DNA of 64,000 nucleotides from assembly GCA_051313645.2 (NCBI GenBank), contig JBNRSN020000005.1:162502001-162566000 (forward strand), written 5' to 3'. The notes under the pieces are model-generated. The model searched no databases and was not told where the DNA came from. It was given only the letters and a program-made list of their open reading frames with translations. Positions 37,816-50,281 of this stretch are shown piece by piece. Both the position numbers and the translations under genes were made by a program. The DNA comes from Centroscyllium fabricii (taxonomy: Eukaryota). The first letter of the stretch is position 1; each line of letters begins with the position of its first letter.

Positions 37816-38495
37816 GGCCTGGAATTTGTGGTTGTAATGACGGCATCATTACTGTGTAAAACTGACAGCAACCTCTGGCGTCTGCACATGTGCAGTTAAA
37901 TGGGGAAATGTGGAAGTTGCTGTCAGTGATACCTTGCTCCTCCACAGGATGCGTTGTTGCAGCCTTCGCAGGTGCAATTAACACAGAATCACTGATTTGA
38001 TTTCAACTTTTTATGCACTATTCTCACTGCAAAAACCAATGGAAATGTTAAGCATTGTTCAATCAGGAGTAACTGAGTTTTTAATGCCGTAGTAAGTCAT
38101 AATTACTGCTGAACAACCTCTCTGGCCCTGAAAAACTAATTTTACAGGTGAGGAGTCTCAGAAGAACATTTAAGAATTGCATGATTTTTAAAATAATAAA
38201 ATATATATATTTTTTAAGTTTATGACATTTCCATGATTAAATTGTGAATTATATTCCATGCTTTTTTCTTCTTGCTTTGCTGTCAGAGAATTCTTCAATT
38301 TGATTGGCTGATCAGCCTGCCTGCTGCCTGCCCTGTTGCTGGATGTCACAGATCCCCTATAAATGGTGCTAAATTCAAAGTGACGTCGGAATAGAGGAAA
38401 TCTATGCTCTAGAGCCCGGTAAATCTTTGTTGGCAGATTTTATTGAGGTCAGCGGCAAGTGTCGCCCCTTCGCTGCTGACCGCAAAATCTGGGCC
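37816..38495. mobile_element. Old Harbinger-type MITE
   Basis: Termini GGCCTGGAATTTGTGGT / ACCGCAAAATCTGGGCC, flanks AAT/ATT. Confidence 0.65.
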
Positions 38496-38567
38496 ATTGT
38501 ATTTGACTGAATTAGATGTGTGAACATTTAATAAATGTTCTTATTTTGACATTTTTCAGTACACATT

Positions 38568-39248
38568 GGGCGAAATATTGGCACTCTAACACCGACCGAT
38601 TAGCGCCAGAAAATGGGCGGTAGAGGTTTTAGCGCCGGGCGCAGAAATTTTAGCGCCGAGCACTAAATTTGCCAAGCGATTAGCGCCGCCGCCTAATGTT
38701 AGCGTGCGCTAATTGGTGACCTGCGATCCTTTTCTGATATCCTGGTGCAACGCCCGCCCACCGGGCTGCACCCAAAATTCACCTTTGCGCCACTACCCCT
38801 GGCGCAGCACTGCCCGCGCCAGCTTTGGGAAGCACTGCTGAGGTTCTGTGGAGCCGCTGTGGCGCTGCTTAAAGGGAGACACTTGCTCCCTTTCGTTTGG
38901 TAGCTTTTTTGTCCGAGATCGGGGCGATGCCGAGGGAGGTGGGCAGAGATCGGGGAGATGCCAAGGGAGGTGGGGAGACATCACATTAAGACCTGCTTTA
39001 AGACCTGACCGGTGCCAGAGTTTGTGGGAAGGGCAGGAGTGGCTGAAGGAGCGCTGCGCCCGCGATCACCAATTAGTGCCAGGAAATTGGCTGTTCGCAG
39101 CCGTGCAACGCTAGATTTAGCGCTGCATTCTGCAAGGCCGGCACTAAACCCAATATCGGGAGCTCCAGCGCTAATTTGCGCCCGGCGCTAATTTTAGCGC
39201 TGCGCCGAGGTTAGCGCCCCAAAACATGCGCTCACCAATTTTTTGCCC
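38568..39248. mobile_element. Harbinger-type MITE rich in TAGCGC motifs
   Basis: Termini GGGCGAAATATTGG / CCAATTTTTTGCCC, 3-bp TSD ATT; many TAGCGC/GCGCTA subterminal motifs. Confidence 0.8.
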
Positions 39249-40455
39249 ATTATTTTTTAGCAGTTTAAGGACAACATTTACAAAAATAGCAAAATATGGT
39301 TTTTGATACCCAGACATGAGGAGAGTTCAACTGTCTTGAGACCTACTCCTCACAAACATGCTCTGGGGATACCTTTCCTTTGAACACATCAGACATGCTA
39401 ATATCAGCGGGCCCCTTGCAGGACTGTCCAAAGTACAGATTTCTGACTGCCTGCATCAGCGAGCCCTAGTAATCCAATCCAGCAAGCCCACGGAATGCAA
39501 TTGCATTTGTGTTTACATTTCTCTCACTAGTTTGTCCTGTTTGAATTTTGTGTGCATCTGGAGCTTTGCTAAGAACTGTTTGTTAGCACTGTTGCCTCAT
39601 TGATGGACAATTCCCAAATCAGAACACTAAGATCTGACAGTAGCAATAGCTTGAGATGTATACAAATTAATGGTAGCGAGGATTTAAACTTTATGTGGGA
39701 CCAGCTGCACTCCATCCTGTTCACCTAAGCAGCCCACAAGTACAAGAAGCTTGGACAATGATATACAAGCACTGACGTAAGCTGGAGGATCTCTGTCTTG
39801 GTGTTTTAGTCAAAGTTTTGCTGATGCTTTCACAATGTACAAAAGGCTTGAGCCTATCTGCAAGATCCAGGATCAAGCTGTGAAGTGGATTTGTGGCAAA
39901 AAGGAAAAATAGTTGCAAAGAAAGAGGGCTCTGGCCTATACCAATCAATCACCGAGAACCTTGGAGTGCGAATTAGCCTCATGGTGGCCATGGCTCTTTG
40001 GAAAGCTCTTCACATAAGAACTTGGATTAGGCAGTTAGTGGCAAGTAAGCCTGCTTTACAAATAAGGCTCGAATGTCAAGAACAAGATGATGATTGGCAT
40101 GTCGTAAAATGTCCTATGTAGGTCACCTATTGGACACCTGTGTGACCAAAAATAAAATTGGGATGTAATCTACCTATTTCCTCTTCATTTGTTCTCATCC
40201 ATATTCTGTGACGTAACCACTTCCAAAGCGCTATTTTTAGGTAGAATACTCCTTTTGGACTTGGATCTTAGAAAAGGATCCTAAAGATGCAGAACTGTTC
40301 AGACAATCTTTTGAACAATACAAGATTAAACAGCTTTGTAGATCGTGATAGCCCTAGTGAGCCCAGAAAATGCTTACTGCTCTAATTGAGTGACAGAAAC
40401 TCCTCGAGTGAAACCTTTCCATTAACTTATAATAAAGCTACATACAATTCTCCGA

Positions 40456-40812
40456 AATAACAACAGAAAATGGTGGAAAAACTCAGCAGGCCAGGCAGCA
40501 TCGGTGGAGAGAAACAGAGTTAACGTTTCCAGCCGTTCACACCTCATCCAGAGCCATCCTGTGATCCTTGAATTTCTCTTAATGTCTCTCAATGTCTCTT
40601 AATCTCCCCCGCCTTCTATCCTGTCGCTGACCTCCCCTTTGTTCTTTCAGCCCCTCCCTCTTTCCCCAGCCCCTACCAGCTTTCAAATCTATCCCCTCTC
40701 CTGGTTTCTCCAGTTCTGACGAAAGGTCATCGACCTGAAACGTTAACTCTGTTTCTCTCTCCACCGATGCTGCCCGGCCTGCTGAGGTTTTCCAGAATTT
40801 TCTGTTGTTATT
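40456..40812 (+). mobile_element. Penelope-like element remnant (second family) with inverted 5' end
   Basis: ~75-bp inverted termini, 13-bp flanking duplication TACAATTCTCCGA (40443-40455, 40813-40825). Confidence 0.8.
40712..40748 (+). ncRNA. Minimal hammerhead ribozyme motif
   Basis: agtt-CTGACGA-a-aggtc-atc-gacct-GAAA-cg-tt-aact; palindromic AACGTT in place of stem III. Confidence 0.72.
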
Positions 40813-41119
40813 TACAATTCTCCGACCCATTTCCAATCTCTACTTAACCTACATTATGATGTGGAGGTGCCAGTGTTGGACTGGGGTGGACAAATGCAAG
40901 AAGTCACACAACACCAGGTTATAGTCCAACAGTTTTATTTGAAATCACAAGCTTTTGGAATGCTGCTCCTTCCTCAGGTGTGAGAGAAGTTAATTTAAAC
41001 ACAACATATATAGCAATCTAATCTCTCCAACATCACACTTCAGCAGACACAGAGCAGACAAAGCAGACACCTTTCAGATATCTCTCTCCCTTCCATATGT
41101 GCGTTCTTTAAATCAGCAC

Positions 41120-41670
41120 GAGCAGGGAGAGGGAGACCAGAGGAAGGAGCCAGTGCGAGACCGGAGGCCAGCGCGAGAAGGGAGAGGGAGACCAGAGGAA
41201 GGAGCCAGCGCGAGAAGGGAGAGGGAGACCAGAGGAAGGAGCCAGCGCGAGACCGGAGGCCAGTGCGAGAAGGGAGAGGGAGACCAGAGGAAGGAGCCAG
41301 CGCGAGACCGGAGGCCAGCGCGAGAAGGGAGAGGGAGACCAGAGGAAGGAGCCAGCGCGAGAAGGGAGAGGGAGACCAGAGGAAGGAGCCAGCGCGAGAC
41401 CGGAGGCCAGCGCGAGAAGGGAGAGGGAGACCAGAGGAAGGAGCCAGCGCGAGACCGGAGGCCAGCACGAGAAGGGAGAGGGAGACCAGAGGAAGGAGCC
41501 AGCGCGAGAAGGGAGAGGGAGACCAGAGGAAGGAGCCAGCGCGAGACCGGAGGCCAGTGCGAGAAGGGAGAGGGAGACCAGAGGAAGGAGCCAGCGCGAG
41601 ACCGGAGGCCAGCGCGAGAAGGGAGAGGGAGACCAGAGGAAGGAGCCAGCACGAGAAGGGAGAGGGAGAA
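41120..41670 (+). repeat. GA-rich minisatellite in the CR1 5' UTR
   Basis: Alternating units built from GAAGGGAGAGGGAGACCAGAGGAAGGAGCCAGCGCGA and GACCGGAGGCCAGCGCGA. Confidence 0.95.
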
Positions 41671-41897
41671 CAGAACTCTGGGCTGGAGATCTTTAAGTAG
41701 GGAGCGTAACAGGAAGGGGAGGGGCCTTTATATTGATATCTGTATATAGGGGGAGCAGCGGCTAAACCCGAGTCACCACATAGTGGTGACCCCCACCCAT
41801 CCTCCTCCTCTAACCTTTAGGGCTGAACTGAAGAACTCGAGACAAACTAAGGTCAGACTTTTTATTTGTACATTATTTCCTGGGAATTTGTGAAGGG

Positions 41898-42886
41898 ATG
41901 GCAAAGAAAACGGGAAAATGCTCCTCCTGCAACATGTTTCAGCAGGGGGGGGAAAGGGGAGCCAGGCTGGATTCATCTGTGAAAAGTGCATCCAGCTACA
42001 GCTCCTTAAAGCCAGAGTAAAGGAGCTGGAACGGAACCTAGAGGAACTCAGGGTCCTGAGGGAGGCAGAGGCGGTCCAGGTCCATGATGGGGAAAAGGAA
42101 AGGAACCTGGAGGAACTTAAAACCCTCAAGGAGGCGGAGGAAGGCACAAAGCAACCAGGGGGGACTGTACATACACCCGTGCAGAAGGGCTGTTGGGAGT
42201 CGGCGAAAAGGAAGGGGAAACAGAGGTCGAGGCCCTCAGGGGACATTCCCCTCGGCAACAGGTACTCACCCCTGAATGATGAAGAGGGGGGAAAACTAAC
42301 AGGGGGAGACCGAGGGGTCGAGAACTCTGATACCTGGCCAGAAGAGGCGGTACAGAAAGGAGGGGGGGGAAGGCTGAGAGCCATAGTTATTGGCGACTCA
42401 ATGGTGAGAGGGATGGATAGGAGGTTTTGCGGGAGCAGAAGGGACTCGAGGATGGTCTGTTGCTTCCCAGGTGCCAGGGTCCAAGACATCTCGGACTGTG
42501 TTTACAGCACTCTAAAAGGGGAGAGCAAACAAATGCAGGTCGTGGTACACATAGGTACGAACGACATAGGGAGGAAAAAGGAAGAAGACATCAAGCAGGA
42601 ATTTAAGGAACTAGGAGGGAAACTGAGAGACAAAACGAATAATGCCACGATTTCTGGGATCCTACCAGTGCCACGGGATAGCGAGTGGAAAAACAAAAAA
42701 AGAATGCGAATAAACGCGTGGCTACAGGATTGGCGCAGAAGGGAGGGCATAAGTTTCGTGGACAATTGGGGATCATTCTGGGGAAGGTGGGATCTGTATG
42801 ACCGGGACGGCTTGCACCTGAACCGAAGGGGCATCAACATTTTGGGTGGGAAACTCGCTTCGGCCATAAAGAGGGATTTAAACTAA
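41898..42886 (+). CDS. CR1 ORF1 (zinc finger/leucine zipper + SGNH esterase); one frameshift in a G run near 41950
   Basis: MAKKTGKCSSCNM../..FICEKCIQLQLLKARVKELERNL; IVIGDSMVRG, FPGA, HIGTND, DGLHLN. Confidence 0.88.
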
Positions 42887-45762
42887 TTGGCCAGGGGGAT
42901 GGGGAAATAGGCAGGGAAACAGAGGGGAGACCAGGGAACAACGAGGAACAGGGGGGAGAACCAAGGACGCAGGGAAGTGACAGGGGACTGAAATGCGCCT
43001 ACTTCAATGCAAGAAGTATACGGAACAAGGCAGGAGAGCTAGGGGCATGGATGGCGACATGGGACTTCGATGTGGTGGCCATTACAGAGACATGGCTGGA
43101 GCAGGGGCAGGACTGGATGCTTGGGGTTCAGGGATACAGAAGCTTCTGGAGGAGCAGGGAGGGAGGAAAGCGCGGAGGGGGGGGGGGTGAGTAGCACTGC
43201 TGGTCAAGGACAGCGTGACAGCTACAGAAAAACACTTTGAGGGGGACACACGAACGGAGGTAGTATGGGCGGAGCTTAGAAATAGGAAAGGGGCGGTAAC
43301 GTTAGTGGGAGTCTTTTATAGACCACCAAATAGTAACAGGGAGGTGGAGGAGGAAATTGCGCGACAAATAAAGGAAAGATGTGGGGGACATAGGGTAGTT
43401 ATCATGGGAGATTTCAATTTCCCTAATATAGACTGGAATCTAGGAAGGTCAAAGAGTGCAGATGGAGAGATTTTCTTACAATGCGTGCAGGAAGGTTTCC
43501 TGATACAATACGTGGAGGAACCAACAAGGGGGGGGGGCAACGTTGGACCTGGTTCTGGGAAATGAACCAGGCCAAGTGGTAGAACTGGGGGTAAGGGAGC
43601 ACTTTGGGGACAGTGACCACAACTCGGTGACGTTCACAATAGTAATGGAGAAGGATAGGAGCATGAGGCAGGGTAAGGTATACAGCTGGGGGAGGGGAAA
43701 TTACGACAGGGTTAGGCACGATTTAGCTAACACCAATTGGGAACGGGAACTTGCTGGGAGAGTAACGGAAGAAAAATGGAGAGTGTTCAGGGAGCAAATT
43801 ATGAAAGCCCTGGATAAGCATGTCCCGAGTAGGATGGGAAACAAGGGAAAGAGGAGAGAACCGTGGATCACGAAAGAGGTAGAACAATTAGTAAAGAAGA
43901 AGAAGGAGGCATATGATAGAATGAGAAAGCAGTGTACAGCAGGGGCGGGAAAGGAGTACAAAGAAGCAAGGAAAAAACTGAAGAATGGGCTAAGGAAGGC
44001 AAAGGGAGGGCATGAGAAGGCATTAGCGGGAAGGATAAAGGAGAACCCTAAGGCTTTCTATGCTTACGTAAGAAATAAAAGGATGACTAGGATAAGAGTA
44101 GGGCCGATCAAAGACGGCAAGGGAGAAATGTGCACGGAGTCAGAGGAAATTGGGGAAGCACTAAATGAATATTTTGCGTCTGTGTTCACAAGGGAGAGGG
44201 AACTAAAAGTAGAGGAGGAGTTCAAGATACAAGGGGAAAGGATGGGGGAAGTAAATATTCAGAGGGGGGAGGTATTAGATATTTTGGAGAAACTGAAGGT
44301 AGACAAATCTCCTGGGCCGGACGGGATATATCCAAGGATTCTCTGGGAAGCGAGGAACGAAATCGCAGAGCCACTGACCTCTATCTTTAGTTCCTCGCTA
44401 TCCTCGGGGATAATCCCTGAGGACTGGAGAGAGGCGAATGTGGTTCCCATATTTAAAAAGGGGAGCAGGGACGTGCCAGGGAACTACAGACCAGTCAGCC
44501 TTACCTCGGTGGTCGGAAAGGTGATGGAAAGGGTCCTGAGGGACAGGATCTACGACCATCTAGAAAGGGGCAAATTAATCAGGAGCAGTCAGCACGGATT
44601 CGTTAAGGGCAAATCGTGCCTGACCAACCTGATAGAATTCTTTGAAGAGGTGACCAAGTGTGTGGACGAGGGAAAAGCGGTTGATGTCATATATATGGAC
44701 TTCAGCAAGGCGTTCGACAAGGTCCCGCACGGTCGACTCATGAAGAAAGTAAGGAGTTGCGGGGTAAACAACGAAGTGGTGGGATGGATTGAGAACTGGC
44801 TGGCTCAGAGGAAGCAGAGGGTAGTGGTAGAGGGCCAATACTCGGGTTGGAGACCGGTCACCAGTGGGGTACCACAGGGGTCGGTGTTGGGGCCACTACT
44901 ATTTGTAATCTTTATCAATGACTTGGAGGAGGGGACTGAGGGGTGGGTCAGCAAATTTGCGGATGACACAAAGATTGGGGGAGTAGTGGATGAGGAGGAA
45001 GGAAGTAGAAAGATTCAGAGGGATATAGATAGGATGCAGAGCTGGGCTGAAGAATGGCAAATGGAGTTCAACACGGGGAAATGCGAGGTGATGCACTTCG
45101 GTAGGGCAAATAGGAAGAGGGAATATAGGGTCAACGGCAGGGTCCTGAGTGAAGCAGAGGAGCAAAGGGATCTGGGAGTATATGTACACAGATCATTGAA
45201 GGCTGCCACCCAGGTGGACAAGGCAGTAAAGAAGGCCTATGGTGTATTGGCCTTCATCAACAGGGGAATAGAGTTTAAGAACCGGGAGGTCATGCTACAG
45301 CTGTACAGGTCACTGGTGAGACCACACTTGGAGTACTGTGTGCAGTTCTGGGCACCGTACTACAGGAGGGATGTGGAAGCGCTGGAGAGGGTGCAGAGGA
45401 GATTCACCAGGATGCTGCCGGGAATGGGGGGAAAGTCGTACGAGGAGAGGTTGAGGGAGCTGGGACTCTTCTCCCTGGAACGGAGAAGGAAGAGGGGGGA
45501 CTTAATAGAGATGTTTAAAATGATGAAGGGGATCGATAGAGTAAACGTGCAGAGACTGTTTCCCCGGGTGGGAAGAACGACAACAAGAGGGCACGAGCAC
45601 AAGATTCAAGGAGGAAGATTCAGAAGGGATGGCAGGGGCAAGTTCTTTACGCAGAGAGTGGTCGGGGAATGGAATAGGCTACCATCTGAAATAGTGGATG
45701 TGGACAGTCTGGGTGCTTTTAAAAGGATGATAGATAGGTACATGGAGGGGAAGGAAGAGTAG
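42887..45762 (+). CDS. CR1 ORF2 (APE endonuclease + RT); two frameshifts in G runs, final 739 codons open
   Basis: YFNARSI, AITETW, FYRPP, MGDFNFP, SDHN; [33 protein letters not shown]; tail (CTATGTT)n at ~45833-45856. Start is approximate. Confidence 0.92.
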
Positions 45763-45857
45763 GGGGGACAGAAAAAATCAGAGACGGACTAAGCGCGGCA
45801 CTACATTGAGGGCCCAAGGGCCTGTACAGTGCTGTATGTTCTATGTTCTATGTTCTC

Positions 45858-46038
45858 TTTCACCTGACGAAGGGGCAGACGCTCCGAAAGCTTGTGATTT
45901 AAAATAAAACTGTTGGACTATAACCTGGTGTTGTGTGACTTCTTACAATTGTCCACCCCAGTCCAACACCGGCACCTCCACACCTGAGGAAGGAGCAGCG
46001 CTCCAAAAGCTTGTGATTTCAAATAAAACTGTTGGACT
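45858..46038 (+). repeat. Tandem Penelope pLTR copies with hammerhead motifs
   Basis: tcac-CTGACGA-aggggc-agac-gctcc-GAAA-gcttgtga (45860-45897), then a second copy with GAAA changed to AAAA (45981-46017). Confidence 0.8.
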
Positions 46039-46611
46039 ATGCTACAGCTGTACAGGTCACTGGTGAGACCACACTTGGAGTACTGTGTGCAGTTCTGGGC
46101 ACCGTACTACAGGAGAGATGTGGAGGCGCTGGAGAGGGTGCAGAGGAGATTCACCAGGATGCTGCCGGGAATGGGAGGAAGGTCATACGAGGAGAGGTTG
46201 AGGGAGCTGGGACTCTTCTCCCTGGAACGGAGAAGGAAGAGAGGGGACTTGATAGAGATGTTTAAAATGATGAAGGGGATCGATAGAGTAAACGTGCAAA
46301 GACTGTTTCCCCGGGCGGGAAGAACGTCAACAAGAGGACACGAGCACAAGATTCAAGGAGGAAGATTCAGAAGGGATGGCAGGGGCAGGTTCTTTACACA
46401 GAGAGTGGTAGGGGAATGGAATAGGCTACCATCTGAAATAGTGGATGCGGACAGTCTGGGTGCTTTTAAAAGGATGATAGACAGGTACATGGAGGGGAAG
46501 GAACAGTAGGGGGAAAGGAAAAATCAGAGATGGACTAAGGGCGGCACTACATTGAGGGCCCAAGGGCCTGTACAGTGCTGTATGTTCTATGTTCTATGTT
46601 CTATGTTCTAT
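46039..46611 (+). mobile_element. 5'-truncated CR1 of the same subfamily inserted inside the pLTR
   Basis: Near-identical to 45292-45856; splits pLTR GGACTAT|AACCTGG. Confidence 0.93.
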
Positions 46612-47783
46612 AACCTGGTGTGTGTGACTTCTTGCATTTAACCTACATTATGTTCTCTGTAGGACATAAATAACTGTCTTATTTATCTTTACTTAGGGTC
46701 CAAAAAGTACATAGCTTTACGTATATTTACACTGTGATGTATATTCATTGTCTCTGGTGCCTAAGAAACACAAAGACTACTTGTATGATATATCAAAACT
46801 AAGAATAATCCTTGGCAAGGGAAATAGGGCACAGCATGCCACAACCAGAGACAGTGAATGACCAACATGCACACACGCACGCACACACAAACAGAGACTA
46901 ATCAACACTAATTATTATACTGTTTGTAATTGCAAGAACATGTAGCAACCGATAAAAGGTTACAGATGTATTGTGTGTATATATATATATACATATGTAC
47001 AGGGGCATATCTGCCCATACATTGTATACCTGTATCTGTATCTGTATCTATGCATTTTAACTATGTATGTTATGTTTTATACTTTGGCAACATAGGGATG
47101 TATCCTGTCATGCCAATAAAGTTTTTAAAATTGAAATTGAATTGAAATTGATAATGTTCTATGCCTGGGAGAAACTTGAGTTAGATTGTAATGGAACCCT
47201 ACTTGAACATCTGCTGTGGGTGGGTGTGTGTTTGTGTATGTGTGTACATACACATGCATGTACGTCTGTGAAGGAGGATGGATAAGGGAAAAATTCACAC
47301 CCAAAGCATCTAATTTACTGATCCTCCTTCCTTACACTGCAACAATATAAAAGGTGCTTCTATCCACACATAAACTGGCTGAAACAAAGAATAATTTGCA
47401 ACACATTGAGGTTGATTTTCAACTTACCATCCAGGTGTAAAACTGGCATCATGGATCGGCTGTCTATTATAGAAACTGCCTGATTTTCAATTCCATTGAA
47501 CTCATTGTTTAGTTCGGAGAGTGAGAGCTTGAAGGGACTTAATTTTCAGGTTTATTACAGAATGTAACTTTAACTGGTGATCTCTACTTATAGTTTAAAA
47601 GTATTTCAGGCAGGAGAAGACTATTGTCCCATCAGCCATCTCCTTTTCTCCTATGAGATATTTTTATACCTGGAGTGTCTTTACCTTCATAGGCCACTTA
47701 GATGCATATCATGGAACCTCAAGGAATACGTATAAAAGTTTAAATAAGAATCCCAATAATTTGCATATTTCTCAAAATAGAAT

Positions 47784-48531
47784 GGCCCAGAAATTCGTGT
47801 CGGGGGGCTTCCCGCGTGTGCAAGCCTCCAACCTGCACTTACCTAGCACGCCGGCCGTTGAGCTGTGGGCCCGCATGGAATTCCGATGCGGGGCCTTCCT
47901 CAACTGCCAGCGCGCTGTGCTCACGTATCCCAGTGGCGCAGTTAGTGCGAGGGATCACATGGGCCACGGAGAGCCAATCGGAGCACAGAAGGCTCCATTC
48001 ATAAGTTTGACAGGAAGATCTGTCAAACGTATGGAAACTACAAGCCCCAAAACATCAATAAATCTTCAAATAAATTTTTAAAAAAATCACTTTTAAAAAT
48101 AACTATCAATTACATTAAATAACTATTTTAAACAATAATTTAAATTTTTGAAAAAATTAATTACAGTTTTGAACGGGGCTAAAAATAAACTTACCTTTCT
48201 TTAAAGTATTTAAAAATAATAAACCTGTGGGAATTTTTTTTTAATATGAATTAATTCACCACTTACCTTCTTAAATCTAGTCTTTGCACATTAAAAAAGC
48301 AGCCGTAGCTTTTTCATACTTACCCGGACACAGAATCTTACAAAAAAAATCGGAAGTGCAGTGTGCACGCGCTGCCGCTCACGCGTTCCGACCCCCGAAC
48401 CCTTCTGTCAGGGGATTAAAAATGCCGGTTTTGCACACATGCGCTGGGCATGCACGAAACCGGCACTTTGGATGGGCCTATGAGTGAGTACCCAGCGCGT
48501 ACTCACCCATGGGGATCCGAATTTCTGAGCC
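47784..48531. mobile_element. Harbinger-type MITE (family of 32220-32910)
   Basis: GGCCCAGAAATTCG / CGAATTTCTGAGCC, flanks AAT/ATT. Confidence 0.8.
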
Positions 48532-48831
48532 ATTACCTTTGGTTGTCTATTTCCTTTGTGAAACCCCTTAAAATTTCCTGTTTGACCACCAGTGCTGGCA
48601 GCTTATTCTATTCAATCAACTTTTTGCAAAATAAATTCTGTCTGAATTGCCTGTTTAATTTACATTTTCTTGTAGTTATACCCCGTTTCTGAAATTCTTT
48701 ATATGGCAGAAAATCTTACATTGCCAACTTACCAAACCCTTTCATAACCTTGCATAAAGCCTCATTTTAGTATTCCCTTTTCAAGGAAAAAAAGTCCCAG
48801 GATACAAAATCGCTCTTCATTTGCAGTCTAA

Positions 48832-49232
48832 CATAGAAACATAGAAGATAGGAGCAGGAGTAGGCCATTTGGCCCTTCGAGCCTGCTCCGCCATTCAATG
48901 AGATCATGGCTGATCATCCAAACCCAGTACCCCGTCCCTGCCTTGTCCCCATATCCCTCGATCCCCATCGAGGCCGCACCGACACATATCCCACCCTATC
49001 CCCGTAACCCCACATACTTAATCCCCCGAACACTAAGGGTCAATTTATCATGGCCAATCAACCTAACCCGCACATCTTTCGACTGTGGGAGGAAACCGGA
49101 GCACCCGGAGGAAACCCACGCAGACACAGGGAGAATGTGCAAACTCCACACAGATAGTACCCGAGGCTGGATTTGAACCCGGGTCTCCAGTGCTGTAAGG
49201 CAACAGTGCTAACCACTGTGCCACCGTGCCGT
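48832..49232 (-). mobile_element. tRNA-derived V-SINE (HE1-like) with CR1-type 3' tail
   Basis: A box TGGCACAGTGGTTAGC, B box GGTTCAAATCC, V-domain GTGTGGAGTTTGCACATTCTCCC..GGTTTCCTCCGGGTGCTCCGG, tail (CTATGTTT)n, TSD GTCTAA. Confidence 0.9.
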
Positions 49233-50142
49233 GTCTAAGCTCTGGTTTTGGTCTTCTAGCAACTTAATGTAGGGGACCAAACTAGATCAATTAGACTGGA
49301 GAGGTATAAGTTGCAATGGGACCCTAAATCCTGGTTTGAGACTCAAGGATGTGGAGGTGGGCTAAGCACACGTGCAATTCATTTACAGTAGAACCCTCGT
49401 CATGACCCTGATACCAAAAGGAAAGTCCCTTCCAGTTACTGTTATAACTTGTGTCATCAGTGTTCTTGTAGGTGTGATGACCTCCATCACCTCCACCCTC
49501 CCCCCCATACTTTTGCTCTTTAGGTCCCCACGTAAAATATTGTGCTACTTTAGATTGTTTTATCTAGGACAGATTTTAGCATAAAAGCCATCATCTGTTC
49601 GCCTAAGCAGCAATAATTACAGTCATTTCCATCACATAACTCAATTTGTATCTAGGTCAGAAAAAATTAAAAAAGGAAGGAAATGCCATGTCAAACCAAT
49701 ATGCAAGTAAATTATATAAAAAGACAGTTGAACAAATTACATAAAAGATAATGATGTGGATTAGATCTATTGGGTACTCAAATTATTCCTATTTCCATAA
49801 TGCTATGATTCATTTTACCCATTTTCCTGCCTGAGAATCATTTGAAAATATTCCTGTTACCATGGCATAGTTGAATTATTCTGAGAACGAGTTGGCAGTC
49901 AACAGCGACTATATTTTAAGGTATGTCTGTTAAACGTGAAAAATAATGTAATAGTACAAATTGTGCTAATATTATTCTTGCTATTTGTTAGGATTTCAAT
50001 ATAACAAAGACTCTTAAATTCTTCTATAGCTTATAATTTAAAACACAGAATATTTTAAATTATATAAATGTCATTATTTTCATCTGGTCATGAAATGTGG
50101 CGTCATTATTAGATGTAGCTTGCAAACTGAGACTGTAGTGCT

Positions 50143-50281
50143 TCATGTCATTAAGGAGTCCAATACAAAGGTTGGGGAACCAATGTTTGGTGCTACTGAG
50201 TTAACGAATGTAGGTTGAATCCTTGGTGCTGTTGAGTTTCTGATCTTGTCCAAGATGCCGTGGGAAAGTGGACTGGTCACT
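50143..50281 (-). other. Possible additional (alternative terminal) exon
   Basis: Acceptor-like TTTTTATCTGATTGTCCTCATCCCCTCCCCGCGGTGCAG| in unique sequence; frames give VTSPLSHGILDKIRNST..DSLMT* or SDQSTFPR..TYIR*. Confidence 0.3.

Larger units (their letters stand above)
40859..46637. mobile_element. Penelope-pLTR-bounded composite containing a full-length CR1
   Basis: Inverted pLTR arms at both ends; 15-bp direct repeat TTAACCTACATTATG at 40844-40858 and 46638-46652. Confidence 0.75.

Noticed and set aside
41120-41670. CRISPR-like appearance of this repeat and of 16230-16560
   Set aside because: No unique spacers, no cas genes, vertebrate context.
41040-41749. Long R/E/G-rich and L/S/P-rich ORFs (142-216 aa)
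   Set aside because: Artefacts of a stop-free minisatellite in the CR1 5' UTR.
49150-49232. tRNA gene
   Set aside because: It is the SINE head, followed by the V-domain and LINE tail.
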